Shown one piece after another: positions 38,501 through 51,300 of a DNA stretch of 64,000 nt. The stretch is from assembly GCA_973851085.1 (NCBI GenBank), contig OZ316775.1, positions 18,724,001 through 18,788,000 of the forward strand, in the 5' to 3' direction. The notes under the pieces were generated by a model. It had not been told where the DNA came from, ran no database searches, and saw nothing but the letters and a program-made list of their open reading frames with translations. A program made the translations under genes and the position numbers. The stretch is from Ptychomitrium polyphyllum (taxonomy: Eukaryota). The number at the start of each line of letters is the position of its first letter. The first letter of the stretch is position 1.

Positions 38501-41500
38501 ACCCTCAGAGTCTGCTTTCTAGCAACACCGAGAAACTGGATTTTCGGAACTACGGTTTTCGTTGTAATATAGATCGAGTCTTCACTAGAGTAGAACTGAT
38601 TTGTCGACAGAGTTCCTGGCCCCTTCAACAAGCCATGTATATTTGTTTATCTAGTTGTAATTCTATTGCTGCTTCAGCTACTATCATCATCTTCGATGTA
38701 TGCAAAAGCTCTTTGTTTGCAGGAGCTTTTTCGTTTGTAGGAGATGAGTGTGTTTTCAAGTTACTGAGCTGCTATGGCATTGCCTAGTCTCAGCATTCCA
38801 GGATGTGATACAAAGAGAATCTGTTGTGCTGGGTGTGGCTAGAGTGTTTCAGTCGGTTGATATTTGTGTGTTTGCTCTTACAGACTCATGATAAGGCTTG
38901 CTTTTGAAGCCTTTTCCTATCAATGCAAGGTTTGTTGAGGTTGTTCTAGGCTTGCGTCTTGACCTACCCAAAAACTTTCAGTTATAGCTCACTCCATTGC
39001 AGAGAAGGGGGGATTCAAACTTTAACTTTAATTTTAAAGAAGATTAAAAAAATTAAGAAGGCAGTATTTACTTTGTACAAACATTCAGTAGATTGTAAAC
39101 GTTTGGACAATGTATTGTTCACATGTATCAATTTAAGGCAATTTTAATCATTTGTGAAAGTAGATTATTGAGACCTTCATACATGTACCAAAATTTTAAA
39201 TCAACCAAGACTTTTTCCTTAATTACACCTACATGCACTTAGTAATATTTTAAATAACTATTACATCATTTAATTATAGGAAACCATCAACAAGTTATAA
39301 ATTGCAATGTATTTACTTGCTTGGAATCACTATTAATGAAGGATTTGAAAGATGTTCAAAGTTCTTCCTTCTAGTACATTAATTAATATTGCACTCTGTA
39401 TAGGAATTAGGTCGTATTAAGGAACTCAAAAAAAAACCTTGAATGTATAACTTATGTGATGTTTAATTTATCAATCAAAACTACATGAAAATAAATTACA
39501 TGAAATATATCTTAGTTTTAAATTGATTAATCAAGACTTCTTTATAATTTTTTAATTTGAGCTTTTTTGATAAATATCTTTAATAAAATCAAAATAAGTC
39601 AAAGAGTTTTAAAATAAATAAATATAATTACGAAATAAACCTTGGCAAATCAAACATACAATACACAAGTTATTTAATTACCTTATATACTTTGAAATAT
39701 TTTAAGTATTGTGTATTAAAATTTGAAGTTTGTCAAAAAAATTTGTAATACTAAGAATGTTGATGAATAATGAAGTAAAGCAAACAATAAGTATAAAGGA
39801 AGTAAGGAAAATAAGTAAAAATCATAGTGCATATATAATTTTAAAGTTGATATTTAATTTAGCTTAGATTAGTAAAGCTAATTCAAGCTATTGTGATTAT
39901 TGTATAGTATTTAAGATTATTTTGATGTATGAATTATCCTAAATGTTAATTTAAATATGATGGAGTTATTTTTAAATAGATAGCCACTTTTTTTTTATAA
40001 TACATAAATACAAATATTCTTGAGTATGTTTAAATGAATATGTAATATTTATTTATGTTCCAACATGTATGATTAAATTCTAATAACTATAAATTGTATA
40101 CACTACAAATCATTTAAGATGTATATTGATTCATTATTGCTAAATTTTTAAAAACAATAATTTTTTGTAAACAATTCCATTATTCCAATTATTAGAGATT
40201 TTGAATAAAAATTACTATTTATTCTATTTACACAACACAATAAAAATGAATTAAAAATTCATAAAGATATTTTTTTATGCCAATAAGTGCAATAGCAATT
40301 ATTGCAAAGTAGATTGATTATTAATCTATCATTCTTGAAAATTACAAGGATTCATGTTATTAGTTCTAAAAAACAACGTATATCAACACTAACTCAAATT
40401 ATTTAAAAAAAAATACAACATATGGAAACTAGGCAATCAAAAATCATCTAATGTCTTATAAATTGATTGTAAATAAAATTGTTTAAGTTTAAATGTAGCT
40501 TATGGAAGTTACAAATTTCAAAAAACTATTCTTGGTGTATATGCCGCCAAACGATTATGGTTGATCATCTCTATTTTTTGAAATGAAAAAGCACTTGCTA
40601 GGATAAACCATGTTGGCTTACATGTATCCAATCATCTTTAACACTAGATTTGTAAGTTTTTGAGAGTACTAAAACTATTAAAATTATTCATAAATAAAAT
40701 TACTTTCTTTGTGTTAAATCACTAAACTTACAAGTTCAGATGACTAACTCCATATGTGATTGTTGTAGATAAAGTATGCAATTAAAATTTCTACGAACAT
40801 ATAATGGTAAACTACATGGAGTTGTAAATAACGCATGTTGACAAAATGTACAAGTTCTAATTCAGCCCACAATAGCACACTTAGTGTTTAATACACACAA
40901 CTCTCCACATTTGTTAAAGTTCAATAAACAATTCTTACTAAATATAGGCACATATGCAATCCCACTAGGGAGTGGAATGACACCTCGGTGATCTCTCCAA
41001 TGTTCTTCCAGCACCTTCTCTATCAAAACTGCTTCAGCCATTGACTCTACAGTATCTACATACAGAATCTTTCGGAAGGATATTCCAGCTCAGAGATGCT
41101 AGAGCAGATGCTGCGTGCCATTGAATACACATAGTAGGATTGTTAGTGTCTGCAAATCTCGGTTGAAGTTCTTCATAGTAGAACTTCAGGGAGCGGTTTA
41201 GGATTTCTCGGAGGTAGTGCATTGCAGGCAAATGAAGAGAACTTAGTCATTAAGGTTCTTAATCATTATAGTGAGCTGAAATGCACATTTGGAGACTCCT
41301 ATCTCTAGTGTTAGGGGTCCAGCATGTCATAAATCGAGACTCTAAAATATCTCAATTTAATGAACACGGTGTTCCATCGACTCAGCACCTCCAGTGAGCC
41401 CTCCAGTGGCTTGTTGCATAAAGAGGCATGAACCTCGAAGTAGTGTGGTACTTGGAGGATTGACACTAACAATGTGTGGATTTAATGTCGAAGTAGTGTA

Positions 41501-42149
41501 GTTTACTATTGGATTGCCTGATAACAAATCTCACATGGTTTTTATCTCGAAACAACTCAGTTTTCACTTATAACGTCATGAGATTCAAATCTAGAGCATA
41601 GTACGCCTCTCACGTTTCCGATTAGCAGCCTGCCGTGCCCACGCTCTCCTGAATGTAGTGCTGTCGAACAGAATGCATCTTGCAGACTTCTAGACATGCC
41701 ATCTCTGGTTGGATCCAGTCTAGCCGTCGTTCATGATCCCGTTCTTCCTGATTTTCTTCTGAAGGTGCTTCATTTCAGTCCTGCTCCGATCCTGTGAGCG
41801 CTATTTCCAAAGGCATTGCTCACTTATCACTCTCTTTTGCACTTCTACGCTGCTACGACCTGGGGCGTCCGAACTGTACTAGAGAGATGTGTACACCGTA
41901 CTCGCTAGGCTTCACATTGTCTTAGACATCGTGGCTCAGTCAGACTACTGATGTGATCTTCATTTCGGTTTATACGCTTGTAAAGAAGTCCCAATTCTCG
42001 CGCTTGCTGGGAGGTTGGGGTGAGGACATGTCGTTGTTTAGCTAGACGCAGTTGCTGGTACACAGTGGATCCAATGCCGATCTGTTTAGCTGTCCATTTC
42101 ATTGTCTCTCTTGAATTTGTATAACTGATTTCCAATAATGTTCGCTCCT

Positions 42150-42720
42150 GGGAAGAGCTGCTTATCGTTTTCCACTAACACGGGGATTACCATCGCTCAG
42201 AGATCTAAGAAGGCGCTGTTAACTTAGTCCTGAAGCTCTACACATCATGCGAGATATTGCTTGGGGTGTGAGAGTTAAATGACAGGGGTTTTGCATAGGG
42301 ATCTTCAAGCTGCGAATGTCCTTATCGACAAGGATAGGATTCGTTATTTAAGGGACGATAAATATTTTGAGGGCAAGGTAGCAAATTCGGAGAGTCCAAT
42401 GATGGTTCAAGGAACGGGATTCTGGAGAACTTCAGAGGTGTTGGAAGAACTTTTGAAGCAGCCATGTGACCAAAATGCACACAATTGAGCAGAGAAGGTG
42501 GATGCATGTGGTTTTGCGATAACGTATTATGAGATTTTGACATGTCGTATACCTTTCTATTTATACGACAAGAGTCAGTGGTAATGTTACTGATGGTGAT
42601 AAACCTCACCTGATTACTTAGATCTTGCCCCACAAGACTTGGTGGGGAAATGTTGGCACAAAGTACTTCCAAAGAGGCCGAGTTTGAAGTCATTCTTGGT
42701 AAGTTGGATCAGTTAAGTGA
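42150..42720 (+). pseudogene. Protein kinase pseudogene
   Basis: IMRDIAWG, VLHRDLQAANVL, KVANSES (decayed DFE/DFG position), GTGFWRTSEVL, EKVDA.GFAITYYEILT and KCWH...KRPS, with stops (e.g. 42486-42488) and frameshifts. Confidence 0.85.
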
Positions 42721-43513
42721 GCCTGATGTATAGAGCAACGTAAAGCTTGGATTTCGAATTGGTCAGAGGATTGTAGAGCATTGTAAGCTCGTCCTTGCTG
42801 CGGGAGGTTCTTGAAAGGGCTTCCGCCATTCTTAAAGTCAACTAAAGTCAGAGTGCTTTATGAGTTATAGAAACCGAGTTAGAAGAGCTGCATAAAAAAC
42901 GTGAATTCCCATTTTGGATAAGGGAGTGGAGTCGGTTTTGGAGTCGCCGACGGAGAAGCAGCACACAGAGAAATGAAGTCTTTACTATCAGTGAGACATA
43001 GGAGTTATTTTTTAATATGAAGCAATCTGAAAATGTTAGACAAGCAAATTGTTCAAACGCGAGTCTCAAGTTCTACATGTTTGAAAAGAGAACTGTATCT
43101 TGGCTCGACTACAAACTTGTTATTTGTTACGTATACAGAGCTACTAACTAAGCTTTACCTCTTGCACTAGCTGAATGACGCATGAAACTGATTCGAGTAA
43201 AATCAACCGTGAACATATTCATCTTCTCTCAACTGAGGCCAGCACATATAAGTTGCAGCCTGAAACTATGACTCTACCTTCTCATAAAATGTTGCTCTCT
43301 AGGTCCAGGTTTTGATTTGCTACAGACGCGAAGAGCAGCAACAACCAATGCACAATGAATATTTGGTCCTACAAAGAGCCTGTAACACAAACGAAGCAGT
43401 ATTGAAGTGCATCTGACAACCCTTTAAATGATTACTGAGAATATGGCACAATTAGAAGGCTATTTCAATGTGGATAACCTAAAACAGGATACTTAAGAAG
43501 GCTTGTTACTAAA

Positions 43514-46500
43514 CTAAGCCCGCACTTTGCGCACTTGTATGTGGTGAGTATACTCTGCTCGCCAAATTGGCTGCCTTCCACTCTGCACCAAAGCAACCTC
43601 TTCGCCATCTTGTACCATCCCTTTTTTCTGTAAAGAACGAACACCGCCCACAAGAAACAAATCTGAGAACTCTGAACTATAGAGTTAACCAATATGTTTA
43701 CCATCTATTAGAAACAGTGGTATTATTTTGAATGCGCAATAGAGCTTAACAAGAAACACATGCAAAGAAATATAAATTCTTTCAGGCAACATCCGGGAAA
43801 ACCCTATTATTACCAAGGTGATCAGTAGAAGAGCTTCGTTGGTAAACGAAGGAACGATAATAAATAGGTCAACGACAGTATTTAAACCCTTGATATACAC
43901 GCCATCAAAGTGCATCACCAGATTAAAGTCATACAGAAGGATCAGCACAAGATGGACAGGTTCGATCGAGAATCTTTTTCTAAAACAAAGATACGAAAAA
44001 TACCTGCAAGATGCTCAACGCATTGACGAAAGTTTCTTCTGCATCATTTGTGAAATGGATGTGTATTGCCCTCACACCATGATAAAGTGCCAATCGTGAT
44101 TGTACCTTCTTACTGCAAGTTAACGATGACAACAACCACTCTCAGATCTCAAGATGGCCAAGGTTCTAGGGAGACAACTAGACTGCATAGAGAACAGAAG
44201 GCAAGAAAAACGTCTCAAATAATGGCAACACTGAAAGAGACCAGCATGAACAGCAGAATGCACTCCATGACAGTACAAAAATAATGCAACCTAACTACTA
44301 CAGACCAAGATGATATAATTGAGACAAAACATGTTTTAAGATACTGCAAAAATGCAGGTAGCCTTTCTCTAAGGAATAGAAACTTACTCGTTTGTGAAAG
44401 CGAAGATGGTACCAGCTGGGCGGTAATGGCTCAGTAACAGACCCATGAAACCTGAACGTGTAAACACACAGATTGACGTCCCCAATGTGTTGGACATCAA
44501 AGTAGCGTGAAATGCGAACATTTCACTCATGTGTGTCTGTTCCCAAACAAAAAACCCCACCACTGGGTGTGAAGACAGATAAAAGATTCAAACCATCTCC
44601 AAAGACTTTTTCTTACATACATTTACAAACTTAAACATACACCACAAGAAGATTAACACAACTTGCGAGCAAAGAATTCCACGTACGCAATAATCACCTC
44701 GTCCCTTCAGTTCATCCATTCTTCTTCAAAGTAAGCATCACAATACACGCATGTTTCACAAAGTGAATCATTATCGTTGTCCTACTATACTTGAGTGGTG
44801 GAAGTGGCTACCTTAAAGGCTCGACCAAGGTTAGCAGGTGCCTCCTCCTCTGGCATAGTTGCCTCTGTGCGCATGGCCACAGTGTGCATCACTCGTACAG
44901 CTTTCAATGGATACCTGACCAAAAGATATATAAAAATAGCGTGAGACTTTGAATGCTTGTAATTTCTGATTAGGTTCAAAGCTGCAAGTACAGAGTCCAA
45001 CTCGATTGACCCGTTCACACAGCACGGAAACTATTCAAATCAAGAACAAATTCACTATCTAAAAGCGATAATTTTCCCAACTCTCTAAAACAAATTCTGA
45101 TTAGTAACAAAGAGTTATAGCTTTCTGATCTGTTCACATTATCACAAGGCAGGCTTATTTGCTATACACTGGACTGAAAACTTGCAGAAAGAAGTACCGT
45201 AAACAGTGAAGAAAGAGCTTACTTTCCATGGGCAGTTTCACCAGAAAGCATAATTGCATCCGCACCTTCACGGACAGCAATAGCAATGTCTGAGACTTCC
45301 GCTCGAGTAGGAGTGGGATGAGTGATCATGCTCTCAAGCATGTTTGTAGCCACGATCACTGGCTTTCCCATAGCTCGGCAAGATCTAATAATCTCTCCCT
45401 GCAAAAAACCGAATTTTAACCTTGTATTGTGCATAGTAACAGTAAAGTACGCACTCTGTGGTACAACTTATCATATCACATTATAATGGACACAAACGGA
45501 CCCACATGATGCTCAACTTAGCATCACAGAAAGTATTCCTGAATGAACTCGTGTTCAGGACTAAAATGACCATGTACTTATGTACTACATCACTCCACTA
45601 GCACATTCGTAATATACTTAGCTATAATATTCAAACTTTTGCCGAACGTAATCGTATATTAGCAGGTAAAGAACACCGAGCTGAGACTCATCATACCTGC
45701 AGAAGAGGTACTTCCTCAATTGGCAGCTCAGCTCCAAGATCACCTCGAGCAACCATAGCCTGCAAGAAAAGAATTAAAATTACTATAGAGACAATTTGTA
45801 TCCAACAAATTAAAACGAGCAGAAATAAAATGCAGGGTATACAGCCCATCCTGCCTGAAAGTGTCGCCATATATTTAAATGACTGAAAAACTCACACACT
45901 AACACAAAAGCTAGGGCAACAATGACATACACCATCGGCAGCATCCAAAATAGATTGCAGATTCGGAATTGAGTCTGCACTTTCAATCTTAACGATCACA
46001 TGAATATCAGCTGACTTTCCTGCAGTTCCCACAAACCTTATTAACGTTAACAAAGCACAAAGTTGAAAACAGGCACGAATTGAAAATGAACAGGAGTAAT
46101 CATGAAAATCCTGGGCTATTCGTTGTTGTACAACCATCCCACTCACAAACTGAGAAGACTGTAAAAATTCAATAACAACGGCTTAAAAAATTTACCTTTC
46201 AGAAAAGCTTTAAGTTCGTGCACCACCTCAGCATCCTTGACAAACGACAGTGCATAGAAGTCCACCTTATTTTCTACGCCAAACTTGATATCTTCCCAAT
46301 CTTTCTCTGCAAATTCCAAAAAGGACATTTCAAATCACTTGAATGTCAGTTTTCAGATTAGAAAATCAAAAATAAAGAACAGAATTGAATTGGAAGTAGA
46401 ACAATAAAGTCTATATCACCTATATTAATGTCAGTAGGAAAGAGGAATACCCGTAATGGAGGGCAGAGTAGCACTCTTGCCACGCACGTTGAGATGACGA

Positions 46501-47617
46501 CGAGATTTCAATTCACCGCCATCCACCACCTCACACGAGACTTCTTCATGAGTCTTCGACTTCACCTCCAGTGACATCATGCCTCCTGGTCTCATCACAT
46601 TCAAAGCCTTCATCAGTCCTTGCACCATGGCCTATCCTTTCTACAGCTAACTTGATTCTAGCCAGTTATAACCCGTTGGAAAACCAACACCAGACTCAAA
46701 AAACCAACGAGAGTACAATTGCGCAAAAAGCTCACGAAGATGAGGTCATCATGGGGCATAGACACCAAATGCATCCAGAAAAACTTACCATCAATGAGCA
46801 AGATATCTCCACTTTCAACGTCATTCACGAAGTCGTCGTAGTTTACGCTCACACAAGTATCCGTTCCCACTCCACGTTTGATTGTGAAGGTGAATGGATC
46901 GCCTTTCTTCAGCCAAATCGGTTGGGGCAAGTCTCCACTTCTCACCTCAGGGCCCTGTAGAGTCAGGTTTCAGAGCCTCGCCTTACCTTAGATCACATTC
47001 ATTAATATATCAAACAAACAGCTCTTCACAGAAAGAGAATCCTCAAGGCAGAAAGAACAACAAACCTTCGTGTCGAGCATGAGGGCAATCACATTCGAGT
47101 TCGCCTCCTTGTTAAACTCCCGCACGAGATCTATCACCTTCTTATGACTAGCGTGATCCCCATGCGACATGTTAAGCCGAGCAACATTCATACCCTCCGC
47201 CGCTAGCTTCCAAATCATCTCCTTCGTGTTGGACGTCGGCCCAATTGTGCATACAATCTTCGTCTTCCGCTGGAACGACGGCTTGACCCACATCCCACCT
47301 CTCCCCTCATCCGGCACGCTCTCGAAAGACCGCACCTTCACCTCCTCCTCCAAGAAATTGATGCGACCGTCCTCCGGCGACACAGGAATAATGCTGCCTC
47401 CTTGCTCCTTCACATACCGCCCAGGCCGCAAGCTCGTCGAGCACACAGGCCCCGCAACTCGAGCAGCCTCTCCCTTCCGCACCCCACTCAAACTCACACC
47501 TCCCCTCTTACTGGACACCTTCCTCAAGCCGTTGAACCTCTCCAGGAAACCGCCCTCGTCACCAACCGACGCCGCAGCGGCCGCAAAGCAGGGATGGTTG
47601 ACCAGCATTGAAGCCAT
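43514..47617 (-). CDS. PKP2: Plastidial pyruvate kinase (beta-type); exons 47617-47066, 46954-46789, 46585-46451, 46306-46196, 46019-45931, 45759-45697, 45398-45223, 44914-44812, 44536-44388, 44112-44004, 43627-43514
   Basis: Transit-peptide-like start, [82 protein letters not shown] and C-terminal [17 protein letters not shown]. Beta-subunit assignment is from recalled similarity. Confidence 0.93.
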
Positions 47618-48990
47618 AGCTTCTTAAAACGAAGATGCGATAGAGAACGGGCGAAAGCAGAGGAAGAGATGAGACGGCGACAGACAAAGTCAGGTTTTTG
47701 GGTTTAGGAGAAATCAAAGCTGCAGCTACAAAGTCCCAGCTGATGGAACCGAGGGGCGAAGTAGACGAAGTGGGCGCATGAGTCAGTAGGTGAACTTTAG
47801 CTGGGGATGAAAATGAAAACCACAAAGTGGGTGCTTTTACATTTATAGCAAGTTTTTGGACGGTTTCAGTTGGTATGTTTTCAGAAGGAACGCGACATGG
47901 TCAGCGTGGCGTGGTTCTTTCATTTTCTCGCAGGGCAAGTGCTGGAACTCGTTTTGCGGTTGCATGAAGCGAATATTCGATCTGTTGCTGACCAGTGCTA
48001 TAACTTCGATTTCTCGGTGTAGGATCAGTTTGGAGGTGGTTACGGAGCTTCCTCTGGTCCTTGCTGCAAACGGTTTTGGTGGACTGGAGTTCGTTAACTT
48101 ACTTGGAGTGTTGCTTTTAGGTTTATATTTTCCTTCAAGTGGTTTATGCTTTTGTTCTTGTGTTTTTTCTTGATGGGGTTGGTGGATTGGAGGTTAAGTC
48201 ACGATTGCGTTGAGTTTTGTTTGCGAGTGACTATTGGGAAAGTTCATTCACCGTTCTAAATTTTAGAGTTTCTTCCTGTGCATCTTGTAATAATCTTGAG
48301 ACCAACCTTCTTTTGGTAAAATTAGTGTAACTTCTGTCAAGTGCTACGTTTGTGAGGTTACGAGTTGTGTGGCCACATCCTTCCTTCGCCATTGGAAAAT
48401 TATACTTGAGTTCGATACTGATCATCTAGAATTGAAGGTGGTTTCAAAATTTGGTCTCTTCTCTTTGCAGTTCTCGCTCAGTTTTGCGGAGAGGAGGTAA
48501 AGAAGTGGTGGACCTTTCAGTTGCAAGAGCAGGCTGTGAGGATTGAATTTTCTCTACTTGTGTTGCTAGTTAATGCCTGCAAGAATCATGCCTGCAATGT
48601 TATTAGGCTACGACTCTACTTGTAAAATGTAGAATATCAGTTAATGTGTCTATATAACGCCAATGTCAGATTCTGGACTCCCAGTACTAAGTTTTCTATT
48701 ACAAGTTTACAGATCCAACACACATTGCCCTGAACCGTTACCACACCAATCCTCAACCAGAAAAGTACGTCTACCATCAAAACAAAAACAAGCAAATAAG
48801 AACCAAGAGCTTTCTAATCCCTCCCACAAAAATTCACCTGGAAAAAAATGGAATTGTATATTCTCTCAAATAAAATACAAAAGCAAACGCGCAACTTGTA
48901 GACAAGAAGCAAAAGCCGACTAGAAATTTTCCTTACAGCGACGAACAAAACCCTACAGTTTGATGCTGACCCAGAGTGGAGAAATGCTTA

Positions 48991-49701
48991 TTAGGGCTGC
49001 TGCTGCGACAGAAGCACAAGCAGGCCTTGTTGCCCGAGCAGAATCTCGTTGAGGAAGCTCATGAGGGCGACCCAGATCACAGGGGCGACATCCACTCCAC
49101 CCACAGGGGGAATCAGACGGCGCGTCGGCCCGAGCACGGGCTCCGTGGGAGCATACGCAATGGAGAAGGGAAATTTGCCGACAGGTATTTGCGGGTACCA
49201 GGACATGACAATGCGAACAATGAACATGAGGTTGAAAGCAGCGAAGAGAGGGCCCAGGATGGTGATGGCGAGCTTCACAGTGCTCGGGTCGATTTCCGCT
49301 GCTGATAGACGCAGTATCTCTCCACTCTCCATCGCCATAGCCGTTGCTGCTGAAGCTTCATGTGGCACCACTAGTGTTGTAGCAAGAACTGGACATGCCA
49401 TGGCTATGGCAAACGCTAGCCCCTTCAATTGCCGCATGGAGCCATCCTCAGAATTCAGCTGCCTTGCATCTTGATCCTCCTTTGTTTGGGAATGTAAACT
49501 TTCTTGAAGCAGCTCTGCTGTAGGGCTTCGCACAGCAGGTAAGTGCCATGTGGAGTTACTCGAAGAAGCTATTTGGAGAGGAAGGTGTGACTTCGAAGCT
49601 GCAAGGACACGCATTTCTCTCGAAGGTCGGAGGGGGTGGAAAAGTTGTGGAGACGACATGACTACAGAAGGAAGCCGCCTCAGTAAGGCGGTGGACGCCA
49701 T
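48991..49701 (-). CDS. CCB3: YGGT-family cytochrome b6f heme-assembly factor CCB3, chloroplast; single exon
   Basis: MASTALL... transit peptide, then IDPSTVKLAITILGP..FIVRIVMSWYP..AYAPTEPVL.PTRRLIPPVGGVDVAPVIW..NEILLGQQGLLVLLSQQ. Confidence 0.88.
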   Translation of the reverse strand: MASTALLRRLPSVVMSSPQLFHPLRPSREMRVLAASKSHLPLQIASSSNSTWHLPAVRSPTAELLQESLHSQTKEDQDARQLNSEDGSMRQLKGLAFAIAMACPVLATTLVVPHEASAATAMAMESGEILRLSAAEIDPSTVKLAITILGPLFAAFNLMFIVRIVMSWYPQIPVGKFPFSIAYAPTEPVLGPTRRLIPPVGGVDVAPVIWVALMSFLNEILLGQQGLLVLLSQQQP

Positions 49702-51300
49702 AGCTAACGATTGATTGCTCCTCCTGGAAGGGAAAAGGGAAAAGACAAACAAACAAACAAACCTCTTCAAAAACAAGTGGCAAGATTACACTCACAAAGT
49801 CTGGTTCAAAAATTGTGGTATCACAAAAAGAAACTACAACGACACGACTTCTCTAATAGATTCACCACATTCCAATTCCACCAAGGATCTTGTATAAAGA
49901 ACCACCCACACATCCGCAAACCCCACCAACTCTACGCTTTCCCAAACATATCCCCATCAAGATTACTCTCATAACCTTCACAAACTTGCAAACCTTCCAG
50001 ATTTCTATTACATACCTTTACTGATGTTCCAAGATGCAGCTCTTCAGAAAGCTTGGTCCAGATTGCCTCCCAAGATGCTCCACGCTCCCGTCTCCTCCAA
50101 AGCTCCAGTGCATACACTCCGAGCTGCTACACATACATGCTTACAAGACAATGTACAATTCACCGAAGCGAGGCGAGTCAAAATTGGGGTTCTGTTCCTT
50201 CAGCGGTGCGTGTTACTACACGAACATTCCCAGGCGTCTGGCAATCTCAGGCTGTGGATGATGTCCACAAATCAATCTCCCAAGAGCAGGCAAAGATGAG
50301 ACGTTGCTGCCCAGTTCAGTTCTTGGCTGTTATGGTGGATGAATGAGGGTGGTCATCCACGTGGATTATGAATTTCTCATCTTTGTTCAGCGGAAGTTGA
50401 AGGTTTGTAGGTTTTGAGTGTAAACAATAGACTCTGAGTTAAGACAAGTTTGCTGTGCATGTGTTTGCAGGTGAGTAGCGTCCAAACTTCATGTGTAGGG
50501 AAGAAATACGTTTTTCTCATGAAGATTGTGATCATCATATGTTGCACAGATTTTTAACCCATATTGTGTATGATGAGGCTAAAACAATTAACGTACTTCT
50601 GCCCATAATGTTTAAGGCTTGAATCGGATACTACTGCTTACAATAGGCTAAAATTATGGAGACGTCAAGTTGTCCATGTCTGTAATTTTGTTGATTGTGC
50701 ATCATGGAGTGGCTAAATTAACCAGCGACACCCACCCAATTAGTTATCTGATATTGTCCTGATAATTCCACTCGATGCCTCTGGGACCTTGACCAAGCTA
50801 TTTGCCAAAAGTCTCTAGATCTGCAGATAATCTTAAGTAGATCTGGTTACTCATCACAGCGCTATTTTGCATATGGTTCTTAGGAACAGAGATTTTGCAG
50901 GAAAGGGAACACTAACTCTAGAAGCAGCATGGCGAAGAATGAGTAAATGTTTGTACTTTCATACAAATCTAGTGGACAACCAGAAAGCTTGGAAACTCCG
51001 AGTCATGGTTACTGTCAGATGAATGCAGCTTGACATCGTATATGATGATGACCAGGCAAGATAGATATTACGATTTCTAGCACGTTCTCTATTCAATTGA
51101 GAGATAAGTTGTATAAACCTGGTAAGTAGCAATGATAAACGACTTGCTCGTTTCTATACAATTTGTACCTGTGAATCAGGGTCTAACAAACACGAAGGAG
51201 AGTACCGCGATTACTACTAGAATATTTGATAACTAATCCAAATAACGGTACTTTCAAAAGCATCAAACCCCTAATTTTAGGATACTAAACAAACAACTCA

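Noticed and set aside
38702..38732. Short inverted repeat gcaaaagctc...gagctttttc downstream of LLP copy B
   Set aside because: The stem is too short for a miRNA precursor, and bacterial terminator logic does not apply.
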